DNA of 64,000 nucleotides from Leptonemataceae bacterium. GTDB lineage: Bacteria > Spirochaetota > Leptospiria > Leptospirales > Leptonemataceae. Location: positions 1,120,001 through 1,184,000 of the forward strand of contig OZ245742.1 of the NCBI GenBank assembly GCA_965227295.1. The letters run 5' to 3'. Positions within the stretch are counted from its first letter, which is position 1. Each line of letters begins with the position of its first letter. The notes below the pieces were generated by a model. It was not told where the DNA came from. It did no database searches and saw only the letters and a list, made by a program, of their open reading frames with translations. The position numbers were made by a program, and so were the translations under genes. Of this stretch, positions 57,646 through 64,000 are shown one piece after another.

Positions 57646-58806
57646 CTAGTTAAGGTTTTTATCGAGGCCCCAGTTTTCCAGGCGCTCCCGGGGCACGCGG
57701 AGCGGCGGGCCGCCCTCGCAGTGATATTCCAGAAGAAAAGCAATCATCTTCAGATTGATGTATCCGAGGATTCTCGCCACGGTCGTCGAGCGATCACCGG
57801 CCTCGTCCATCAACCAACCGATCCGCCGGGCCCAGGGCAGAAAATTTTCGGTCCAATGGCCTTCCTGAATTCCCAGCCGCAGCGCCAGATCGTTGCCGAG
57901 TACGTAATGCAACATGGTTTCAGCGATGCCGTCGAGTCGTTCTCCGGGGATGACGTCGTGCAGGAATTCCACCAGCGCCCGGGTAAGCTGCACGCCGTGT
58001 TGCCCCGGATGCTGGAGCCGGCCTTTGATCATGCGAAAGAGTGCCCGGGCTTCCTCGGGATCTTCCTTTAATAGTTCATCCGGAACACCCATAACGTAAC
58101 CTACCACGTTCCAGGCATGGAGATAGTCCCGCGTTTCCTGATCTTCCAGATCGTATCCGAAATGTTCGACCAGGCCGTCCAGAATGAGAATCGAGAACGT
58201 GTACAGGGTGCCGGCGATTTCTTCCTGGCTGATGGGCACGTCGGCCCCGGCCTCCCGGTGCCGCGGTCGGTTCACGGCATGGACGAGCCGGATAGCCTGG
58301 GCACTGCGCACGCCGAAGCCGCCCTGCTGGAGGTCCCCGGGATTCATCACATCGATCAAAAACTGGGCCGTACGGAGAATGCGCCGTTTGATGCCGCGGT
58401 CCATTTCGCCGGTCTTTACAAGCACCCGGGCCGGACGTTCGCAGGCATAACCCTCGGGCAACGACGAGAAAAAGAGCAAGGTCACAGCGTGTAGGCCGTT
58501 CCGGTAAAAGAATTCCTGGCCGTTGGCGATGCGCTGCGGATCGGCCCAATCCGGTAGATTGCCGGTGGCTTTCAGGTATGCGCGCACGGGTTCCGGAACC
58601 CGCGCATGCAGTTCTGCGTCGCTGAAGTCGGGGTTGAGCATGATGCCGATGATGCGCCGCAATTCCAGGTCGGTTTTCTCCGGATCGTCGCCGCAGAGCT
58701 TCCCGACGGCGACGACACAGGCGTCTCCCTCCGGATCGCCCGCGGAGCTGTATGCCTTCAGGAATTCATCGGTTTCGCTTTGCTTGCTGCTATTGCCACC
58801 GGCCAT
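57646..58806 (-). CDS. Oxygenase MpaB/DUF2236 (Lcp-like) family protein
   Basis: LPDWAD…GQEFF, SLPEGY, RRILRTAQF, IRLVHAVNR (putative heme His), PISQEE and YLHAWNVVGYVMG. Confidence 0.8.
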   Translation of the reverse strand: MAGGNSSKQSETDEFLKAYSSAGDPEGDACVVAVGKLCGDDPEKTDLELRRIIGIMLNPDFSDAELHARVPEPVRAYLKATGNLPDWADPQRIANGQEFFYRNGLHAVTLLFFSSLPEGYACERPARVLVKTGEMDRGIKRRILRTAQFLIDVMNPGDLQQGGFGVRSAQAIRLVHAVNRPRHREAGADVPISQEEIAGTLYTFSILILDGLVEHFGYDLEDQETRDYLHAWNVVGYVMGVPDELLKEDPEEARALFRMIKGRLQHPGQHGVQLTRALVEFLHDVIPGERLDGIAETMLHYVLGNDLALRLGIQEGHWTENFLPWARRIGWLMDEAGDRSTTVARILGYINLKMIAFLLEYHCEGGPPLRVPRERLENWGLDKNLN

Positions 58807-59006
58807 GATCCGCTCCGCCGTGCTATCGTACGGTCTGTTGATATTATGTCCAATTTCGAAGCTTATACTTTTTACAGTATCGGAGCCTGTGCGTGACTTG
58901 ACTCAGTTCGCAAGTCATATTTCGCACGCCGATTTTCCGTCGTCGCCACGGCTCAACCGGAGGTTTTTCGAATTGACCCGTCAGCGGGAGGCGGTCAGAA
59001 AACGTC

Positions 59007-59651
59007 ATGTCTCCGTTTTCCAGCGAAGATCTCGAACGCATCAAGGCCGCCGTGGCGGAAGCCGAAGGCAAGACCTCCGGCGAAATCGTCCCCTTCTATG
59101 TAGAAGCCAGCGACGACTACGACGAAGCCGTGTGGCGCGGCGGCGTCTTCTTCGGCGTTCTGGCGTTGTTCGCTTTTTTTCTCATTCGCACTTTTTCCGG
59201 GCTCTGGCTGCCTTTCGGCGTCACTGAAATGCTGTTGGGCATTCTGCTCGCCGCCGGCATCGGCATGGCTCTGGCCATGTGGGTACGCCCCATCCGCCGG
59301 TGGTTCGCCGGGCGCGCCCTCCTGGATCGTCGCACCGGCGCCCGCGCCCTGGAGGCCTTCCTTGAAGAAGAGGTCTTCAACACCCGCGACCGCACGGGCA
59401 TTTTGTTGTTCATGAGCGTGTTCGAACATCGCGTCCACGTGATCGGCGACTCCGGCATCAACGCGAAGGTACAGCAGTCCGACTGGGACGGCGTCGTGGA
59501 GTTGATCGTGGGCGGAATGAAGAGCGGCCGGGCCGCCGAGGGATTGGTCCGCGCCATTCAGAAATGCGGCGACCTGCTGGAACGCAAAGAAGTGGAACGC
59601 CGTACGGACGACACAAATGAGCTGAGCGACGGCCTGCGCATCGGAGATTAA
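59007..59651 (+). CDS. TPM domain membrane protein
   Basis: AEGKTSGEIV, TRDRTGILL, EHRVHVIGDSGI and NELSD. Confidence 0.88.
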   Translation: MSPFSSEDLERIKAAVAEAEGKTSGEIVPFYVEASDDYDEAVWRGGVFFGVLALFAFFLIRTFSGLWLPFGVTEMLLGILLAAGIGMALAMWVRPIRRWFAGRALLDRRTGARALEAFLEEEVFNTRDRTGILLFMSVFEHRVHVIGDSGINAKVQQSDWDGVVELIVGGMKSGRAAEGLVRAIQKCGDLLERKEVERRTDDTNELSDGLRIGD

Positions 59652-59652
59652 G

Positions 59653-60684
59653 ATGTGCCGGGCTCAATTCCCGCTAATTGTATATAAGATTTCTCTAGTG
59701 ACCGCGGCCGTTGTCATAACGGGTACGCTCTTCGCCCGGGACGTTCCCTATCTCAGCGGTCGGGTGGTGGACGAGGCCGGGCTACTGTCCGAAGACGCCG
59801 TCCGACAACTGGAGGAGCGCCTGGGCGCCCACGAAAACGAGACATCGAACCAGGTTGTCGTCCTGACGATTCCTTCTCTCGAAGGCGAGGTCATCGAACA
59901 GTACTCCCTGAAAGTAGCCGAGGCCTGGCAACTCGGTCAGTCCGACAAAGACAACGGGGCCCTGTTGCTGATCGCCCGGGATGATCGTAAACTCCGCATC
60001 GAAGTAGGTTACGGACTGGAAGGTGCATTGAACGATGCCGTTTCCGCACGCATCATTCGTAACGAAATCGTGCCGCGTTTTAAGGACGGCGAGTTCGAGG
60101 CGGGTGTAAACGCCGGCGTGGGCGCAATGCTGGCCGCCATCGCCGGCGAGTACAGCGCGGACGAGCAGGCCACGGGTAGCACGGAAGAACCGGCCGCCGA
60201 GGAAGGGCAATCGACCGTCGATACCGTGATCGGCTGGATCGGCAACGTGCTCGCGATTGTCATCGGCATCGTGGTGATCCTGATCGCCGCGGGCCTGGGC
60301 CTGGGTTTCGTCTATTATCTGTTCATGGTCGCAGTCTTCGGCGACGGATTTTCCGGCTGGGCTCTGTTCGTTATCCTCGGCCCTATCGTCGGCATGATCG
60401 GACTCCTCCCCGTGGCATTCTTTGATCTTCCAGGCTATACCGTCCTACCGACCCTCATCACGATCGTCAGCCTGATGTTTGTCTTCAAGCTTTGGCTCAG
60501 CTTAACAAAAACCGGGCGTGAGTTTAGAAAGAAGCACGAGGTCAAAGGCGACGGCGGCTCATCCTCCTCGTACAGCGGGAGTTCGTACTCATCCAGCTCG
60601 TACTCGTCTTCGTCGTACTCGTCGAGTTCCTACTCCGGCGGCGGTGGAAGTTTCGGCGGCGGCGGTGCTTCCGGTAGCTGGTAA
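59653..60684 (+). CDS. TPM domain protein with Gly/Ser-rich tail
   Basis: RVVDEAGLL, DNGALLLIA, RIEVGYGLEG and C-terminal GGGGSFGGGGASGSW. Confidence 0.9.
   Translation: MCRAQFPLIVYKISLVTAAVVITGTLFARDVPYLSGRVVDEAGLLSEDAVRQLEERLGAHENETSNQVVVLTIPSLEGEVIEQYSLKVAEAWQLGQSDKDNGALLLIARDDRKLRIEVGYGLEGALNDAVSARIIRNEIVPRFKDGEFEAGVNAGVGAMLAAIAGEYSADEQATGSTEEPAAEEGQSTVDTVIGWIGNVLAIVIGIVVILIAAGLGLGFVYYLFMVAVFGDGFSGWALFVILGPIVGMIGLLPVAFFDLPGYTVLPTLITIVSLMFVFKLWLSLTKTGREFRKKHEVKGDGGSSSSYSGSSYSSSSYSSSSYSSSSYSGGGGSFGGGGASGSW
60568..60642 (+). repeat. Imperfect 15-bp tandem repeat (5 units) encoding SYSxS
   Basis: Units tcgtacagcgggagt / tcgtactcatccagc / tcgtactcgtcttcg / tcgtactcgtcgagt / tcctactccggcggc. 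Confidence 0.7.
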
Positions 60685-60688
60685 GCGG

Positions 60689-62065
60689 CTACTTGCCCAC
60701 GCAGAACACGGAAAAGATTCGGCCGAGGATTTCTTCGTTATCGATGCGGCCGGTAACGGCGCCAGCGTGAAACAAAGCCTCGTCCAGTTCCAGGGCGACC
60801 ACCTCGTCCGGTGCGCCGTGATCCCAGAGCGCCAGGACGCGCCCTAAGGCTTCGCGAACATGAGTTAGGTGATAGCGATGCCGATCTTCGAGCAACAGCG
60901 GGTCCCGGGCCGCACCTTCGTCTGCAAATATGATTTCCCGCAAACGCCGGCGTAGCTCATCGATGCCGGCTCCGGTCTTACACGACACCGCAATGCAGAC
61001 TGCATCTTTCGGCAGGACGGCGGCATAATCAGCCTGCGCATCGCGCACGTCGCTCTTGTTGAAAACGTGAATGATCTGCGGCGTAACGTCCGCAATGTTC
61101 AGGTCCGGTAAATCATACGGTTCGCGTTCGCCGTCAATGACGTGCAGCACGATCTGTGAATTGCGCAGGGCCTGGTGCGAAAGACGCACGCCCTGGGCCT
61201 CGATGACATCGTCACTTTCCCGCAGGCCGGCCGTATCAACGAAGCGCAGCAACACTCCGTCGAGATCGATTTCCTCGCTGACGTAGTCCCGGGTCGTCCC
61301 GGGCACCGGTGAAACAATGCTGCGATCCCAGCCCAGCATGCGATTCAAAAGCGACGACTTGCCCGCGTTGGGTACGCCCGCAAGGGCCACCTGAAAACCG
61401 TGGCGCAAGCGTTCCGTCTCTCGACCGCGTTGCAGCAAGTCGTCGATCTGCGCCATGAGATCTCGCGCCCGAACACGACGTTGCTCCAGGCTTTCGAAAG
61501 TTAGATCCTCCGTGGAGAAGTCCACTTCGGCTTCGGTCTCAGCTTTAAGGTGAATGATGGCCGAACGAAACCGCGACATGTTGCGGCTCAGTTCGCCGTA
61601 GAGATTCTTACGCCCCGCCTCGAGTTCCAGCTCCGTACGCGCCGTGACGATACGATGCACGGCCTCGGCCCGGCTGAGATCCATACGGCCGGAGAGGTAG
61701 GCGCGTTGCGTGAACTCGCCGGGACGCGCCGGTCGGATATCATGGTCGGCGGCGACGATGGCGTTCACGACAGCGCGGAGGATCAACGGATTGCCGTGCA
61801 GGGAAATTTCGGCGACGTCTTCGCCGGTGTAAGAATGCGGCCCGGGAAAAAATACGACCAGGCTCTCGTCGATCAAGCGGTGTTCTTCGAAAAAGCGACA
61901 GTACACCGCGGACCGCGCCCGGTTTTCGAACGCGGGAATAAGATCGTTCTTAATATTTCGGCAATGGCGATTAAGGATCGCCGGCACGGCCGGTCCGGAG
62001 ACACGCACGATACCCACGGCACCCTGACCGGCTGCCGTGGACACCGCGACTATGGTATCTTCCAT
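60689..62065 (-). CDS. mnmE: tRNA modification GTPase MnmE (TrmE)
   Basis: DTIVAVST, SYTGED, GEFTQRA, GVPNAGKSS, GTTRD, DTAG, NKSD and C-terminal FCVGK. Confidence 0.98.
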   Translation of the reverse strand: MEDTIVAVSTAAGQGAVGIVRVSGPAVPAILNRHCRNIKNDLIPAFENRARSAVYCRFFEEHRLIDESLVVFFPGPHSYTGEDVAEISLHGNPLILRAVVNAIVAADHDIRPARPGEFTQRAYLSGRMDLSRAEAVHRIVTARTELELEAGRKNLYGELSRNMSRFRSAIIHLKAETEAEVDFSTEDLTFESLEQRRVRARDLMAQIDDLLQRGRETERLRHGFQVALAGVPNAGKSSLLNRMLGWDRSIVSPVPGTTRDYVSEEIDLDGVLLRFVDTAGLRESDDVIEAQGVRLSHQALRNSQIVLHVIDGEREPYDLPDLNIADVTPQIIHVFNKSDVRDAQADYAAVLPKDAVCIAVSCKTGAGIDELRRRLREIIFADEGAARDPLLLEDRHRYHLTHVREALGRVLALWDHGAPDEVVALELDEALFHAGAVTGRIDNEEILGRIFSVFCVGK

Positions 62066-62083
62066 TTGAAAGGGGTGACGGCG

Positions 62084-62950
62084 TTATTCGCGATCGCCGT
62101 CGAATTCCATGCGACCGGGCATGCCCTGATCGCTGTACTCGAAGTCGTCGTAGTCCTCACGACGATTGCCGTCTACGTCCGGAATCTCTTCTTCTTCGTT
62201 CATGCGAACATTCCCATTCACTTCGCTTTGATCATCGCGTTGTTCTGAACGATCTCTGCGTCCGCGACGCCCGCGACCACCACCGGAACGACCGCCGCCC
62301 CCGGACTTACCGGCGGATTGTTTCATCGGAATGACCCGCACCCGTTTATAGACGCCGTTGCCGTCGGATTCCGTGTACACACGATCGTCACTCTCCAATG
62401 CCAGGTGAATGATGCGACGCTCGTAGGGGTTCATGTAGTTGAGCAAGATGGGGCGGCCGCTTTTCGCGACGCGCTCCGCCATGCGGGAGGCGAGTCGCTT
62501 GAGACTGCGCTCCCGACGCTCGCGGTACTTTTCAACGTCCACCATGATGCGCCGGCCGCTTCGCGTCCGCGTATTCACGATGAGGTTTACGAGAAACTGG
62601 ACCGCGTCGAGGGTACGTCCGTGTTTGCCGATGAGAAAGCCGGACTCTTCGCTGGCCAGTTCAATGTAGAGATTCTCGTCGCGTTCGCCGGTGCTTTCAA
62701 TGTCCGCCTCGACGCCGAGTTTCTGCACAATGCTCAAGAGTACGCCGCGGGCCTGTGCTTCCAGCGGCGTATCGTCGAGGGGATAAGCCCGCAGTACGCT
62801 GGGCTCGCGTTTTACCAGTCGCATGATGCCGCCGCTGCTGCTGAGGTCTTCGATGCGAACCTGGTTTTTTTCGACTCCGAGGGCATTCAGCAGGCGGGTT
62901 TCGACTTCCCCCCGGCTCTTGCCCTCGTCTTCGTAGATGTAAAAGCTCAT
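62084..62950 (-). CDS. jag: RNA-binding protein Jag/KhpB (KH + R3H)
   Basis: LIGKHGRTLDAVQ (KH) and MNPYERRIIH (R3H); lies between yidC and mnmE. Confidence 0.93.
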   Translation of the reverse strand: MSFYIYEDEGKSRGEVETRLLNALGVEKNQVRIEDLSSSGGIMRLVKREPSVLRAYPLDDTPLEAQARGVLLSIVQKLGVEADIESTGERDENLYIELASEESGFLIGKHGRTLDAVQFLVNLIVNTRTRSGRRIMVDVEKYRERRERSLKRLASRMAERVAKSGRPILLNYMNPYERRIIHLALESDDRVYTESDGNGVYKRVRVIPMKQSAGKSGGGGRSGGGRGRRGRRDRSEQRDDQSEVNGNVRMNEEEEIPDVDGNRREDYDDFEYSDQGMPGRMEFDGDRE

Positions 62951-62999
62951 GGAGCTGCTCCTGCTGATATAAAAGTCCTTAAGTTACACCCACCGCGGG

Positions 63000-64000
63000 C
63001 TAAGCCTTCGCCGGTGCCGGGATGTCGTCGTCCTTGCTGAGTTTGTTCGTAGCCACCTGCCAGACGATGCCGATGATGTTCTGAACGGTCCAATACAGCG
63101 TTACCCCGCTGGGCATTTGCCAGAAAATGAAGAGCATCATGATGGGCATGAAGTACATGATCATTTTTTGCTGCGGGTCGGTCACCACCGTTGTGAAGTG
63201 CTGCTGCAAGAGCTGCGACACCACCATGCAGAGCGGCAGAATGTTGAGATCGATGCCGATGTACGGGATCACCGCAATGGTGTCCGGCGCGGACAGGTCG
63301 GTCATCCACAGGATAAACGGCGACTTCCACAGTTCAATGGCTTCCGAGAACGCACTGTAGAGGGCGATGAAAACGGGCATCTGGATCAGGATGGGCAGAC
63401 ACCCCTTCGCCGGATTGATGTTGTGCTTTTTGTACATCTCCAGCATGCGCTTCTGTTTTTCCTGCGGATCGTCGGAGTACTTTTCGTTCAGTTCCTCCAT
63501 CTCCGGACGTAGCGCAGACATCTTCTTCATGGACTTCGCCTGCATCTGGTTTAGAGGCCAGGTGATCAGTTTAAAGCCCACGGCAATGATAATGATCGCC
63601 CAACCGTAGTTCCCGGTGAACGTGTAGACCCAGCGCATGATCACGACGATGCCGTCGCGGATTGCGGAGAAGATCGCCAGAAAGGACGAGGTGTAGATCT
63701 GTCCCCGGGCGTCGCTGTTCGGAGAGTCCACGCCGAATTCCGCGGCGATCAGTTCCGGATTGTGAAACTGGTGGGCTTCGTCGGAACGCACGCCGACGTA
63801 TACCTTGTTGTCGACGATGATGGCGTCTTTGCGATTCTTCTGGAGCTTCGCCACCGGTGCGCGATTCCCCGAATCAGCGGCCGCTAACTTTCCTTCCGGT
63901 GTCGTTAGTTCATCGAGGCCGCCGAGTTCGTCGGAAGTGATCGGCGCCCCGGCCGGATCCAGACGCGGCTTGCGGAAAAACACCGTGAAAGCTTCGCGCC
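63000..64000 (-). CDS. yidC: Membrane protein insertase YidC (3' part; runs off the window)
   Basis: GNYGWAII, KSMKKM, YKKHNINPAKGCLPILIQMPVF, WMTDLSAPD and PSGVTLYW. Confidence 0.96.
   Translation of the reverse strand, partial: REAFTVFFRKPRLDPAGAPITSDELGGLDELTTPEGKLAAADSGNRAPVAKLQKNRKDAIIVDNKVYVGVRSDEAHQFHNPELIAAEFGVDSPNSDARGQIYTSSFLAIFSAIRDGIVVIMRWVYTFTGNYGWAIIIIAVGFKLITWPLNQMQAKSMKKMSALRPEMEELNEKYSDDPQEKQKRMLEMYKKHNINPAKGCLPILIQMPVFIALYSAFSEAIELWKSPFILWMTDLSAPDTIAVIPYIGIDLNILPLCMVVSQLLQQHFTTVVTDPQQKMIMYFMPIMMLFIFWQMPSGVTLYWTVQNIIGIVWQVATNKLSKDDDIPAPAKA

Noticed and set aside
1-64000. CRISPR arrays, tRNA/rRNA genes, IS elements, prophage, oriC DnaA-box cluster
   Set aside because: No spaced direct repeats, RNA-gene signatures, transposase/integrase motifs or clustered TTATCCACA boxes seen by eye. 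All intergenic gaps are under about 300 bp.

Overview
A gene-dense, GC-rich bacterial chromosomal window that is probably origin-proximal. It carries mnmG, rsmG-parA-parB and yidC-jag-mnmE, plus four parS palindromes hidden inside coding sequences; I saw no DnaA-box cluster, so oriC itself is probably outside the window. Gene content (membrane-anchored AraC, [2Fe-2S]-cyclase, many lipoproteins) suggests a Leptospirales-like spirochaete, which is an inference only. Other modules: a compatible-solute (glucosylglycerate-type) cluster with a BCCT transporter, an alkyl-DHAP-synthase-like oxidoreductase divergent from a lipid kinase, trpE/trpG, a three-gene pnt transhydrogenase, a lipase plus putative foldase, and two TPM proteins. 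I recognised no rRNA, tRNA, CRISPR array, integrase or transposase. The most unusual items are: (1) a single-ORF [2Fe-2S]-adenylate cyclase-ferredoxin reductase fusion among redox genes; (2) an ATP-grasp/Cys-cluster/FMN alpha-hydroxy-acid dehydrogenase fusion divergent from mnmG; (3) a catalytically dead papain-family lipoprotein near a DUF1175 (YfaT-like) lipoprotein that keeps its Cys and His; (4) an internally deleted, apparently adenylation-dead MoeB-rhodanese. All product calls come from motif recognition by eye, without database searches.
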